From Macrostomum lignano (taxonomy: Eukaryota): 64,000 nt of DNA. Shown here one piece after another: positions 1-13,378 of the stretch (positions within the stretch are counted from its first letter, which is position 1; each line of letters begins with the position of its first letter). Location: assembly GCA_002269645.1 (NCBI GenBank), contig NIVC01001007.1, positions 248,001 to 312,000 of the forward strand, written 5' to 3'. The notes below the pieces were generated by a model. It searched no databases. It saw nothing but the letters and a program-made list of their open reading frames with translations, and was not told the origin of the DNA. The translations under genes were made by a program, and so were the position numbers.

Positions 1-80
1 TCAAGTCATACTGAATGAACTCAAGTCATACTGAATGAACTCAGGTCATACTGAATGAACTAAAGTCATACTGAACAAAA
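1..80. repeat. 20-bp tandem repeat (TCAAGTCATACTGAATGAAC)n in TRAPPC9 intron 2
   Basis: About 4 visible copies, truncated by the window edge. Confidence 0.85.
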
Positions 81-173
81 CTGGGTAATACAATCGCTCT
101 ATAAAAGGCAAACAAGTTCATACGGATTAAATGATGTACACTCCAGCTACTAACAGTAGTAGCAACAACGCAC

Positions 174-2804
174 CTGTCCAATCAAGAGCCGCAGGCCAGG
201 CTTATCATCGGCATTATTATTGCCACCGTCACAGTTGCACTTCCAGAGCAGCTGTCCAGTCAGCCACTCGGCGGTGGCCACAGCATCCTCGCAAGCTTCA
301 TCATCGGCAACTGTGGCTGGCGCCGCAGATTCATAATCTTCAGCATCATCAATCGGCTGTCCGGGCGCTATCCGATCAACACTCACGTGACCGTACAGAA
401 CAGCCGCTCTACCTAACGTAGTTTTAGCGCAATCATCGCTATTAACTTCGGCAGTTTGAGCGCTAGCAACACTATTTCCAGCTGAGTAGCAGACTCGAAC
501 GCGCAATCGGTGCCGACCAAAGTCTGGCATCTGGCGGCCCGTACCCATGCCGACGTAGAGAGTCACAGCCGCCACATCGCCCGGAGCGATAGGCAGCTGC
601 CTAGCTAAATTACCCTCCGACCAAGATGCTAAGCCTAATGGCATTAGATCTAAACTAGCCTGACTAATTGGCAAATTGCCAACATTAGTGAGTCTCAGTT
701 GCATAGAAGCTGACGAGCCGGCTGCAACTGATCGATCTGAGTCGATCTGTTGGCCAGACAGAATCATCGGATCGATGGCTAGTTTAACACTGCCACCGTC
801 CAGCCATTCCACTCGCAGTTTTGGCAATATAGGAACAACTTTAACGCTAGCAATGGAAGGCAAGTCGGAGCGCAAAGGTAGACTCGACGGCAATAGATAG
901 TAATTGATGCCAATTAGATCGAACCGGCCTAACTCTGTCGGCTTCACTAGCAGAGTTATCGAATAGGAGCTGTTGGACGATGTTAAAGGATTCAGTTCGA
1001 TAAAATCAGACTTCGACTCTGAGACTGTTGCTGGCCAAACAGATTCACTACTATCATCATCATCATTATTATCGCTAGCAGATTCTCTTGCGCGCCTTCG
1101 AACTCGCAAGCTCAATTGGTTAAGCTGCAGAGGCACAGGCAAATTATGCCTAAGAGTTAGACAGAGCCGGTTAGGCTCTTCAATAGACCAATAGACAGGT
1201 GCGGACTTCTTAGCACTGTCAGCATTGCCATCTAGCGTTAATGGAGTGTAGATAAACAAAGGCTTAACATTGGTTCCTTGATTTTCTTCGCCACTAGATG
1301 AAGCTTTAGAATTGGCGGAAGTCATTATGACGGGCGAATCAGGCATAGATTCCGGTTTGGCTAGCAACCATTCGGGCAGCCGAGATGGAGCTTTAATCGG
1401 ATTAGAAAACGAATTGGTTGCATCGGATAGACAGTCAAATAGTTCATTGCATTCATCCGGCGTCAGCCACGGTCCCAAACTACCCAAAGTGCTGAGCGCT
1501 CTTTCCCAAGCTTTATCATTTGTTGCAGTGCTACTACTGGTAGTAGCAGTATTTTGTCTCTGTCTAAGCAAGGCAACCAGCCGACAGGCAAGGGTGACTT
1601 TTAATCGCGGCGCAGACAAACTCGTACCATCGTCAATTTCTCTGTCATTGTCAAGACAACGCGTCAACAGAGCAACGGAAGAATCTAAATCTACGCCAGA
1701 TGCTCCGACATCATCGAGATGCTTATTAGCGGCTAGCCAACGGTGCAGCACAGCTCGACGTGTTAATCCTAATTCGGCCATCAAGTCTCCAATGCACCAA
1801 GTGTTGCTGCTGTTGCCAACACTGGCTAGCAGGCGTTCTGTAGCCGGCAGTTCAAGAAACTGCACAGCCTCTACCGCCGGCCATCGTCGACTGCGCCAAT
1901 GCTGCTGATAGCCGCGCATCGCTCTGGCAGCTTTCAGCGTTGCTTCAGCGGCAAGCCAAGCGGCTGCCGAGAATTTCTGATACTCCGACACAGCTTCGCG
2001 ACAGCGAGCCGCTGTGGCTTCTGGTGCTTCTAGGTCCGTTTCTGATTCGTTAGGACTGTCCAACTCGTCGGTGGTCGATTCGGCTTCCGCGTCGGCTACG
2101 GCGCTGAGACCTTCCAGTGCGGAAGCGTACCAGAGCCAATCGTTTAGCGCGCGCAATGTTTCTATTGATGTTTTGTAACCGGATCTGACGGGGTTGTCGG
2201 GTTGATGAAGATGGTTGCAAATTTCTATGAATGCATTGTTATAATTACATTTTTCCGTTAAAAGGTCAAATATGCGTTTCTTGGAATTGTTTACGATTTA
2301 GAAAAAACGGTTCTAGAGAGTAGTTCGTTAGAGACAAATTCTTATCTGTGCTGAAGCATTAATTCTCTTAAGAATGATTCAGGAACGACTGTCAAACAGA
2401 CGGACAGACAGACAGACAGACAGAAGACAAAAAAACAGACGGACAGACAGGCATACAGTAAAACAGACAGGCAGACAGACACTAAAACAGACAGACACTA
2501 AAACAGACAGACAGGCAGACACTAAAACAAACAGGCAGACACACACTAAAACAGACAGGCAGACAGACACTAAAACAGACAGACACTAAAACAGACAGAC
2601 AGGCAGACACTAAAACAGACAGACAGGCAGACACTAAAACAGACAGACAGACAGACACTAAAACAGACAGACACTAAAACAGACAGACAGGCAGACACTA
2701 AAACAGACAGACAGACAGACACTAAAACAGACAGACACTAAAACAGACAGACAGGCAGACACTAAAACAGACAGACAGACAGACACGAAGACAGACAGAC
2801 ACGA

Positions 2805-2864
<60 letters not shown>

Positions 2865-2866
2865 CA

Positions 2867-2919
<53 letters not shown>

Positions 2920-3796
2920 CTAAAACAGACAGACAGACAGACAGACAGACATACAGACAGACAGACCAAGAGAAACAGACAGACAGACAATAAGACAGAC
3001 AAGAGTGATTTAGGGTGTTTATCAAGTGGTTCAGGGTTAATTCTTCAGACTAGTTCAGAGGCGGTTCCTAATTCTAATGAAGCGCCCATTGAGCCATGGA
3101 TCAAGCCACTCACCTGGCAGATTTAAAATCGCCCAACAGCAATCTCAAATCGGCTCTCTGTTTCTCTCGTCTGGAGCTGCCCCGCTTCGACCGTTTCCCC
3201 TCCGACCAGCCCACAGATGTTGAGGCTTCAATTGGGGTCATTGGAATCTGCTGCTGAGCCTGCCCAGACTGGACAGAACTCAGCGAAGAATTCGACGACA
3301 GTTCGGCTGGCGGAGTCGAAGGAGTGGACGCCGGCGACTGAGACGGAGACGACAATTGAGAAGTTTCTAAAGTTAGCTCGGCAGTCAGTTGACTAGCTAG
3401 CTTAGTAGTTAAATCGTTCATGATACTTTCCAAAGCATTCTCTGACCAATCGGCTGGCAAAGTGGCCGTTAGAACGTCGGAAAGAACCGCCAAGTCTTTC
3501 TTAGAAAGCACCGCAGGAGCATTCTGAGCGGAGAAGCCAATAAATAATGCCAATCTTATACGCCGGTGACAATGAAAAGTGGACCAATCTAGGGAGTCGA
3601 AATCAATGTCAAACACTAATTTAGGCCATATAGAAGCTTCAGAAGTGGAATCTACTATACGTTTACGTTCAATTATTGATCGTAATATTTCTAGCTTGTT
3701 ACTATCAGTGGTAGTATTATTAGCAAATTTTAATAAAACTATGCAGCGCCGATGATCGGTTAACCGACTGGACGGATCAGGTGTTGGCGGCGGCAT
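174..3796 (-). CDS. TRAPPC9: Trafficking protein particle complex subunit 9 (Trs120/NIBP); first two exons, gene continues beyond the left edge
   Basis: Exon 1 is 3796-3114 (donor AG|GTGAGT, phase 2). Exon 2 is 2184-174 (acceptor CCCGTCAG|A, donor CAG|GTGCGT). The spliced junction reads RREKQRADLRLLLGDFKSARSGYKTSIETLRALNDWLWYASALEG, matching the TRAPPC9 motif GRMRKHVGDLCLQAG...[23 protein letters not shown]. The N-terminal DHRRCIVLL and DWSTFHCHRR and the later PLFIYTP motif also fit. Confidence 0.88.
2390..3000. repeat. (GACA)n microsatellite with interspersed CACTAAAA units in TRAPPC9 intron 1
   Basis: Directly visible; reads (TCTG)n on the sense strand. Confidence 0.95.
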
Positions 3797-5114
3797 TTTG
3801 GAGCCAGTCGCGCCAGAGAGCTGAGACTCTGAAATTATCGTTCACACAGCTTTTTGAGTTTCTAATCAGTTGTGAATCGCATGATACTACTAATAACCTT
3901 AATCGCACCATACCCTTAACATTACTATTAGTAGCCTACTGAAAATATATGGATGAAATTTGAACAGAACAAAAACCAAACAAAACAAAGCAAGAGTTGC
4001 TATGCTTATTTTATTTACAATTATAATTTTCAATGTCTTTCATGACACTCTTAACTTTGATAGATTTGTCACTAATCGGTCCCGCTGCCAGACCCTCAAC
4101 CAAACAATAATTAGCAACGCAAATTTTAAATGAAACATACAGAAAAGATTAATCAATAAAATCAACCAATTGTTAAGAATAGTGAATAGATAACTGCAAA
4201 ACACGAGTTATGTGTCTGTAAATAATTTGGTTTAGATTTGCACAAAGCACACATTTTAACACCAACTTACATCCCACTATCGCTACACACAAATAAGCAT
4301 AAATAAATAAAATTGAAAGACAACCACCAACAGACATGACAAGCTAATTTTTAAAGGATGTTAAATTTAGGAGACAATTTGTTTTCTGAACACTAAGCAA
4401 TGATGATAATAAAATAGTTCAGAAAATAGAATGAGACTCTATTAATACAATTCACCTCATCTTATTTAAAATATTGATGATGAAACACTGATTTTGCGAA
4501 ATAAATAAAATTAATTACATAAAAGCAGTTAGCTGTACTATCAACACAAATTATACAATTCTACTAAAAATGAAAACCCAACACAGAAATCATTCTCAAA
4601 CTTAAGCATTTCTTAAAGCTAACTAACATTTACCGCTTACACCGTTTTCAGTTAGTCTACTTTAAGTAGAAATATAGGATTTTATTTTCCAAAATATTCA
4701 TTCGAGTAAAGTTCTGTCAACTATTTGATACTAAGCATTTATAGATATATCAACACGATGTTAAGTTGTTAAGGTTAAAGAAAGTTTAGATTTACGAAAT
4801 GAGAAACAACAATTAAAAATGGTTTTGGCGCCTTAGTTACTGGAGCATCAATCGAGAAATTAAATAATTGAAAAACCGCTCCCAAGATGACAAGGCAGTG
4901 ATTGCAGACAGAATACAACATAAAAAGCATCTTCAAAAGAGTTTGAATCTGTTTTTTTTATATAGAAATTTGAAACCAACTTTTAATATACAAACAAATT
5001 GTGGAGTTTACAAACACAACAATGTAAAGGTATTAATTTAATTTCCAACGAAAGGGAATGTTAGTTTTGTGCGCCATGGCTATTCACAAGTAATATAGAG
5101 AGCGAAGAGAGTTA

Positions 5115-5830
5115 ATTAAAGAAATGAAAGATAATGAAGAGAGTGAACCTATGAGATCAAAGATAATGAAGAACAGAGAGTGAACCCATGAGATCAAAGC
5201 TAATGAAGAACAGAGAGTGAACCCATGAGATCAAAGATAATGAAGAACAGAGAGTGAACCCATGAGATCAAAGATAATGAAGAACAGAGAGTGAACCCAT
5301 GAGATCAAAGATAATGAAGAACAGAGAGTGAACTCATGATGAAATCAAAGATAATGAAGAACAGAGTGAACCCATGAGATCAAAGATAATGAAGAACAGA
5401 GAGTGAACTCATGATGAAATCAAAGATAATGAAGAACAGAGAGTGAACCCATGAGATCAAAGATAATGAAGAACAGAGAGTGAACTCATGATGAAATCAA
5501 AGATAATGAAGAACAGAGTGAACCCATGATGAAATCAAAGATAATGAAGAACAGAGTGAACTCATGATGAAATCAAAGATAATGAAGAACAGAGAGTGAA
5601 CTCATGATGAAATCAAAGATAATGAAGAACAGAGAGTGAACCCATGATGAAATCAAAGATAATGAAGAACAGAGAGTGAACTCATGATGAAATCAAAGAT
5701 AATGAAGAACAGAGAGTGAACCCATGATGAAATCAAAGATAATGAAGAACAGAGAGTGAACCCATGATGAAATCAAAGATAATGAAGAACAGAGAGTGAA
5801 CCCATGAAATAAAAGATAATGAAGACAGTG
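5115..5830. repeat. 37-40-bp minisatellite (AAAGATAATGAAGAACAGAGAGTGAACCCATGAGATC)n between SWEET and TRAPPC9
   Basis: Directly visible tandem copies; a variant ATGATGAAATC junction appears in the right half. Confidence 0.95.
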
Positions 5831-6132
5831 AATCCATAAAATAAACGTTAACCAAGTGAACTGCTTAAAACGTAAATGAATTAATGGATAATATTGCGGT
5901 TAACAAGAAATCTCTTTAAGGCCTCCGCAATAAGTAAATCAATTAACTCAAAAAGTATGGCCTTTTCGCAAATGGAAAATGTTAATATTGCATTCAAATT
6001 CGTCCGTACTACTACTAGTAAATCTCAAAATCATTTACATAATTTTTCTCAGTAGGACAGTAGGGCTATCGATTCTGGAAGCAGTTTAGAATGAATGACA
6101 ATCATTGATTTTTTTTATTATTTGTTAAAGTG

Positions 6133-8961
6133 TCAAACAGTTGCCAAAGATCCAACTGATTTTTTAGAGGCATCCGCGGCCCCAGCTGACCCGGCACTCT
6201 TCGTAGAGGGAAATACGCAGATAAAGCCCAACTGGAAACAGCTGAGACAGGCGCCAACGAAATTGGGCACAGTTAAATTACTGTCGTGAACAAGGGTGCC
6301 GTAGGTTAGCCACAAACAGGCCGTGATAAAGTTTAGCATAATTAGGCTAAGGGACATGCTTTCTGACGATTTGGTGCGGAGCACTTCCGACTGAAATAGA
6401 AGGCAATCGGTGTTTTGTTAAGAAAAACAAGACAATTCAATAAAGAACAAATTATTTGGCATTAAAAAGAAACAGTAAGCGGGGCACAGGGCCCAAATGA
6501 GTGTACTTATGACATTAAATTAGGGGGTGGGGTTGACTGTAGATAAGAAAAGAGGGGGTTGGGCTGCGCAACTGAGGAAAGAGGCGAGATTGAAGAGCCA
6601 ATCAGAAGGCGGCGAGGGAAAGAGATAGGAATAACAAGACTGAAGTGGGCACAGAGGGACAGAGATAGGAATAACAAGACTGAAGTGGGCACAGAGGGAC
6701 AGAGATAGGAATAACAAGACTGAAGTGGGCACAGAGGGACAGAGATAAGAATAACAAGACTGAAGTGGGCAGAGAGGGAGAGAGACGAGAATAACAAGAC
6801 TGAAGTGGGCAGAGAGGGAGAGAGACGAGAATAACAAGACTGAAGTGGGCAGAGAGGGAGAGAGACGAGAATAACAAGACTGAAGTGGGCAGAGAGGGAG
6901 AGAGACGAGAATAACAAGACTGAAGTGGGCAGAGAGGGAGAGAGACGAGAATAACAAGACTGAAGTGGGCAGAGAGGGAGAGAGACGAGAATAACAAGAC
7001 TAAAGTGGGCAGGAAGGGAGAGATAAGAATAACAAGACTAAAGTGGGCAGGAAGGGAGAGATAAGAATAACAGACTGAAGTGGGCAGGAAGGGAGAGATA
7101 AGAATAACAGACTGAAGTGGGCAGGAAGGGAGAGATAAGAATAACAGACTGAAGTGGGCAGGAAGGGAGAGATAAGAATAACAGACTGAAGTGGGCAGAG
7201 AGGGAGAGAGATAAGAATAACAAGACTGAAGTAGGCAGAGGGAGAGAAAACAGAAGCGTAAACAGAGACGAAAGCAGATGTACTAAAAATATGACTAACA
7301 AAGTCGCGACAACAGGCCGTAGGCGTGCACATTACGATAAGACAGAAAAACGGCAACCCCCCAACAATGCGCAGTGAAGTGTACAAGCCTTACGAGTGAT
7401 ATATAAAAGTTAGGGCCGCTGTACACTCCTGCGTGACTGTGTGCCTGTGCGCATGAGTATGACTGCGTACGTAATCACGCGCTTGTGTGCCTAACTCACT
7501 CAGGGGAGTCGAAAGAATGTGCAGCAATGCCTCTCGCCGGTTACTTGTAACAAAGTCCTGTTTTATTACTACTATAAGTTGTCCGAAGTTGAGTAATCCA
7601 GCTGGCATTAGCTGACTGAAATAGCAGCGTCATTGTGACGCCAAGAACCCAGCGTCACAGTACCCAGGGTTCCATTTCGAACGAGGTCACATTAAGTGTG
7701 TGTGCATACATGCATCATAAATAAAATTCTTACCATAGCAGAGAGTGGTGAGCCGTAGGAGACGATTGACACGGCCGTGCAATAAACACCCAAATGTTCG
7801 ATGGCTAAATCGAGATTTGGCGAATAGCGAACATAGGATAACACGGGGAACACCATCAGCATGCAGAGCAGCAGCTGAAAATGAATTGCACCCTGGGAAA
7901 GGAGAATGGGCAACGGGGCAATACTCTTGAACGCTCACAATAAACGATTATTACTATCGTTATTCAAGGACTAAGGATTACTCAAAGTCCAAAAACTGTA
8001 GATCTGGGCGGCTGGCCCAGCAACTGGGGATCTGGGAGGCTGGCCCAGCAACTGGGGATCTGAGAGACTGGCCCAGCAACTGAGGATCTGGGGGAGGCTG
8101 GCCCAGCAACTGAGGATCTGGGGGAGGCTGGCCCAGCAACTGAGGATCTGGGGGAGGCTGGCCCAGCAACTGAGAATCTGGGGGAGGCTGGCCCAGCAAC
8201 TGAGGATCTGGGGGAGGCTGGCCCAGCAACTGAGGATCTGGGGGAGGCTGGCCCAGCAACTGAGGATCTGGGGGAGGCTGGCCCAGCAACTGAGGATCTG
8301 GGGGAGGCTGGCCCAGCAACTGAGGATCTGGGAGGCTGGCCCAGCAACTAGCACTATGGGAGGCTGGCCCAGCAACTGAAACTCTGGGAGGCTGGCCCAG
8401 CAACTGAGGATCTGGGAGGCTGGCTTAGAAACGGAGGATGTAGCAGGTGAGAGTTACACAAGCAAGCAAGCCAGTGACTTACCCGATGCCTTGCAAACAA
8501 GTAGAACACAAACACAATAGTAGTCTGAATTGACAAACTGAAGCAACTGACAGTGATCAGTGGGAAGTCCTCTCTGACTAGACCATACTTTAGCCAAACA
8601 GAGGAACTAAAAAATATAAGCAGCAATTTCGAGTGATGCAATTGGATAAAATTTGGAAGAAAAAAACTAAAAAACTCACCTAGCCAGCATTGCGACATAA
8701 GGAAACAGTGAGTAGGACTCAGAAGACTTGCTTAGAATTATATCTCGCATTATCTTACTAAAATGATGGTTAACATTGTACAAGTATTATTTATTAATAT
8801 TAGTAATTTAAAAATAATATGTAAACACAACAAAGTGCATTTCTTAAATAGACTTAAAGTAGACAGTAGACAGACATGTTAACTTACAGTCCAGGCAAGT
8901 AAGAAAGAATTGAGAATATGGAGGCCAAGTTTCCAACCAAATGTATTGTGCCATAAGTCAT
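6133..8961 (-). CDS. SLC50A1: SWEET1 / MtN3-saliva family sugar transporter, ~230 aa
   Basis: Exons are 8961-8888, 8757-8680, 8606-8483, 7892-7734 and 6390-6133. All introns are GT-AG with consistent phases, total 693 nt. The two MtN3 repeats read KSSESYSLFPYVAMLASSSVWLKYG and RTKSSESMSLSLIMLNFITACLWLTYG...PNFVG, with YGSPL in between. Confidence 0.92.
6620..7240. repeat. 40/37-bp minisatellite in SWEET intron 4
   Basis: Unit ATAACAAGACTGAAGTGGGCAGAGAGGGAGAGAGACGAGA, about 16 copies. Confidence 0.95.
7352..7545 (+). mobile_element. Partial, diverged copy of the SINE body seen at 17418-17783
   Basis: Shares GCGCAGTGAAGT, TAAA(A)GTTAGGGCCGCTGTACACTCCTG, TGTGTGCCTGTG, CTCAGGGGAGTCG and AATGCCTCTCGCCGGTT in the same order with 17575-17720. 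Confidence 0.8.
8005..8425. repeat. 30-bp minisatellite (TGAGGATCTGGGGGAGGCTGGCCCAGCAAC)n in SWEET intron 3
   Basis: Directly visible tandem array. Confidence 0.95.
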
Positions 8962-10426
8962 ATGTGATTGGTTAATAGAGCATGAAATGACATTTAAATG
9001 AAATATGAGATGACATTTTAATGAAGTTATTCTACCTATAATTTTTAAATATAGCCTATATATACCTTAGCAACATATTAGTTTCTAACCCAAAACCAAT
9101 AGTTAACAAGTGGCAGCTTTAATACAACTCTAGACTAGATCTAAAGCAAGGAAATTGTTCAAACTATCAGTATTTAAACATATAAGGATAAAGATACTAC
9201 AGATAAAGAATTAAAAAATATGCTTTATTGAGAATTACTAAGAAATAGACTTGCAGAAATACTTTAAATAATTCCAATATATTAAACTAACTATTGCAGA
9301 TTGAACCTTATTGTTATTTTATATTTTATTTTCATAGATTATCAATTTAAGGCAGCATTAAGTATAGAAAATCTTAACAAGAGCTGAGGACTTAGTAGAG
9401 ATTGGATAGGATTGAAATTGTTAGGTAGGATTGGGATAAGGATTTTTTTCTTAGAATCAGGATTGGGATTCAAGAATCAGGATTGAGATTTGGGAATTAG
9501 GATTAGGTGTTTTAGTGTACTATAGTTTGTAGGTCCATATAGAGTTGAACAAAGCTGAACAAACAATACTAATATCATAAGGTAAAACACAATAGAATAG
9601 ATGCAAATTTAGTAACCAACAAAGTAATTATGTAACAAGTATAAGTTAAAACAAAATGTATTCAAGTAATCACTTGAGAATTCTATAAATTTTAATTCAA
9701 AAGACATGTTCCCAATTCCCATTTTTAGGGCTAGGATTGTGATCTTGCAAAAATCCAATTTTCTTTGGGATCCTAAAAGCTTGAGATTGGGATCCCATCT
9801 AACTTCTAGACTTTAGTGACTTTAGTTAGAGAATAAGATTATAGATAGATAAAAAATCAAAACAAACAAGAAATTTTTTTTTCAAAACTATTTATTATTC
9901 TTTATTTTTTTAAAATTATTTAAACCTATAACTTTGTGTAAAATCATTTAAAAACATTTTAACTTAAAACCTAAAAAACTAGGTTATTACTAGGTGTTTT
10001 AGGTTTTGCTAGGCCTAAGCATTTTGATAAATATAATAATCAAGCAAATATATCCTTTTTTGTTAAAAAGTTTGAATAATTCAATAGACAAGCTATGGAA
10101 AAAAATAGACTAACAAAAAATCACATACTTTTCAATTTTTATATTTATTGAAATGCTAATATAGTAAGTAATTATTTGTTAATGTTATGTTAATTAGAAA
10201 TACCATAAATATATTTTGCTATTGTAAAATAGACCTACTCCTTTCAAAAATAAATAATAATTTAATAAAAAAATCAAACCCAAAAATTACTATTTGGCAT
10301 AATGCATATACCTTAATACTCATAGTGGTAGCAATGCCTAATAAAAGCACATTTAGAAAGCATAAAAAATAATAACAGATAAAACAAATTTAATTAAAAG
10401 GAAAAGCTAATTTTCATTGATCAATA

Positions 10427-11210
10427 GGCTCATTCCATATAAGCATGGTCGTAACATGACAGGTTATTTTTACTTATAAAATGAAATCTAATAATAGAAT
10501 ATACTAAACCAATATTTTAAATGAAAGATTATTTTGTCTAGAATATATTTATAGAGTTTCATATAGATATCATCATTAGTATAGATGCTATTAAACCTTA
10601 AATGACACTTATGGTCGTAACGACAGGATTTTTGACATAGAAACTAAAAGGTAAAAGTCTTATAACATTTTTCATTTTTGATATTTTGCAATACATTTTT
10701 AAAATTTGACTAAGAACATCTTTAGAAATCATACTCTTTTATTAGAATATATAAACTCAAAAGGCAACAAAGATACAAAAGAAAAGGCAGCCTTATGGTC
10801 GTAACATTATGGTCGTAACATATTTTTTTCTGTCAATTCAATAACTTTGAGGTACTAATACATTAAAAATATAATAGATTATTTGGTCACCAATGCTTTT
10901 ATCTGATGATGCAAGTACTATACTTTTATCTATAGTTTGTTTCAACCTTCAAAAGCTTTCTATTTGTTTTTAAAAGGTACAAAATCTTAATGATGTCTTT
11001 TGCTTCGAAAAATGTCCAAATTTTTACAAAAATGACTTTTTGCCAATTGATAATATACTAATCCAACATTTTACCATTCCTTTATTCTTAGATTGTATAT
11101 ATTGCACAATATAAACATTTGGTAAAAAAATAGGCTAATTAGGCAATGGCAAGCAAAAATATTGACTTTTTTCTATTTTCCAAATATGTCCATCTTATAT
11201 GGAATAAGCC
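10427..11210. mobile_element. Non-autonomous TIR DNA transposon, 784 bp, 4-bp TSD
   Basis: Left end GGCTCATTCCATATAAG; the right end reverse-complements to GGCTTATTCCATATAAG. Both ends are flanked by direct AATA. Internal ATGGTCGTAAC motif occurs four times. Confidence 0.75.
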
Positions 11211-11369
11211 AATATCATTATAATAGAATTAATAGAATTATACTCAATTGCTCTTTGTCTAGATTGTTGCTAAATTTTCTCTGCCAATTTTGTTTATAGT
11301 GAATATTTGTTGCTAAATATGTTTGTATTACTAAATTGGTCAGCATCCTGCAAGCTACAAAGCATCAAG

Positions 11370-11580
11370 GGCAGATATAAGGGGGGGGGCAAGGAGGCAA
11401 ATTCCCCCCCTAAAATAGCTTGATAGAACATATTGCACCCCCTAAAAACCTAATTTGCACCTACTAAACTTGATTTTTTGCCTCCAAATGTTTTTTTAGT
11501 GCCCCTAAGCTCTATTTTCACCCCTTATGTATATTTTTGCACCCCTAAGCTTGATTTTGACCCCTAATGTGTATTAGGAA
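11370..11580 (+). mobile_element. MITE-like dispersed repeat; second copy at 42205-42322
   Basis: GGCAGAT(A/T)TAAGGG...TAGCTTGA(T/C)AGAACATATTGCACCC...AAAAACCTAA...CTAAACTTGATTTTT is shared by both loci. Confidence 0.7.
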
Positions 11581-13378
11581 TTAAAAATTTAAAGCAATTA
11601 GGTCTCAGGAAAAAATAGATTCTGTAGGCCTAATATCTAATCGCTGACTCAGAGATTCTAATGTACACAATATTTGGTCTATTATAGCATAGGCCTAGAA
11701 TTTCTTTACATATATTTGGTGCACTTAGATTGGTAAAACACTTTTAAACAAGTTAGGCCTAAACATATGCCTATACACTGTACTGTACACATTCGTCTAC
11801 CACTAACTTAAATCAAATCATTATCATTACTGGACATTAGGTCTATAGGCCTAAGCCTAAACAATCCTTATATTATAATTATGTTACAATTATATAAAAA
11901 ATAATTAGGCCTAGCCTATTTTTAAATATAAAAAAATAATTTAACATGCGAAACTATAGGATAGGGCCTAGCTGCTAAAAAGTGGCTTATTGTCAACAGA
12001 AAAAGCATTCTGCTAGGTTATATGATAAAGGCTGATTGTGTGGTCACTGGTCAGATCGTCATATTTCACTTTGTCATATTGGATGACAAAGTGACCAGAA
12101 GATTGTGTTATGGTAGAGACGGAGTTCCATTTAAATCCTGAAACTATCCCAAAGACATGGTTTTGTATGTCAGCTAGTAACTTTTGTAGCTAGTAGTAGT
12201 AGCAGTAGTGTAGTAGTAGTAAGTTGGCTCAGGCAAGAAGCCTGTTTGGCCAATATATTTCTGTGTATTTAAGATTACTTCAGGAATAGGAGACAATATT
12301 TTAGCACTAGTTATTTAATTACGATTAGTACGAGTTTTACAATATGGTATTTGAAAGAACGCGAAAATGTTATTAACGAAACTTGGACGACTAACGAAGC
12401 GAAAGAAAAAGCAAGGAGTTAAAAAGTATTGCGTGAAATTTATGTATGTAGTTGGCGGTATTGCACAAAACAGCTTAGTCCTTACGTTATAAAAATAAAT
12501 TATATAGATATTAATTAGATGACAACAAAATTGTATAAATTATAAAATTTGAAAGAGCGCATAGGGTTTTTTGGCGGTTTTTACGGATGGACTAAAAACA
12601 GGTACCGTATGGCTAGATCTACTGCTGCCACAAATTTTACAAATTTAAAAAATTGTTAGTACACTTAAGCAAAACTTATTTGAGAAATTTAGGCTTTTGA
12701 TCCCAAAGTGTTGTAAAAGCAAATAAACTGTTTTAAAGTGTTAAGTTACATTTTTAAATGTCTTATAAGATACACATCTTTATACCTAGAAAAATTTTCT
12801 ACGTGGTTTAAACAGTTTTCTTCGAAAGAGTATTTTTTCGATCTGACGTCATTCGTATCTAATCTCGTTATCAAAGCAATACTTAGTAATTTACCTCGAT
12901 TGGCTCAGCCAATTTTGTTCGAACTTGCACCATTCAATTAGAAATTTTTCCGTGATGGTACATGCATTGTGGCTAAGAAATTGCTCAATGCTAAAGGGAT
13001 TAAATATTCAAAAAACATGCTTTTTTGCAAAGCTCAAGCAGCTCTTTTGACTTTAAATGTATTATAAGAATGCTAGAAAAAAACTCATTAGTTGAATTTT
13101 GATACTAAAATAGATTGCAACGCAATAGGCTTTTTATTTATTGTCTATATACTAGCTAAATTTTGACATTGAATTGAATTGCATCATAGTATCAAAAGCA
13201 CAGTGTCGAAGCATAGTGCAATATATACTTGATTTATATTATGTAACCACATTGCTATGCTAACTTTAATAGACACTGGTACTAACTTGCCTAAGAAATT
13301 GATTATGTCATAACTACTTCGTGTGACTTACTCAATTGACTTAGTGTGAGTATTGAATTAGTAGTGTAGGACTAATTA

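Noticed and set aside
131-1908. Plus-strand ORFs (96, 74, 73 and 198 aa)
   Set aside because: Antisense shadows of TRAPPC9 exon 2 with no independent motifs.
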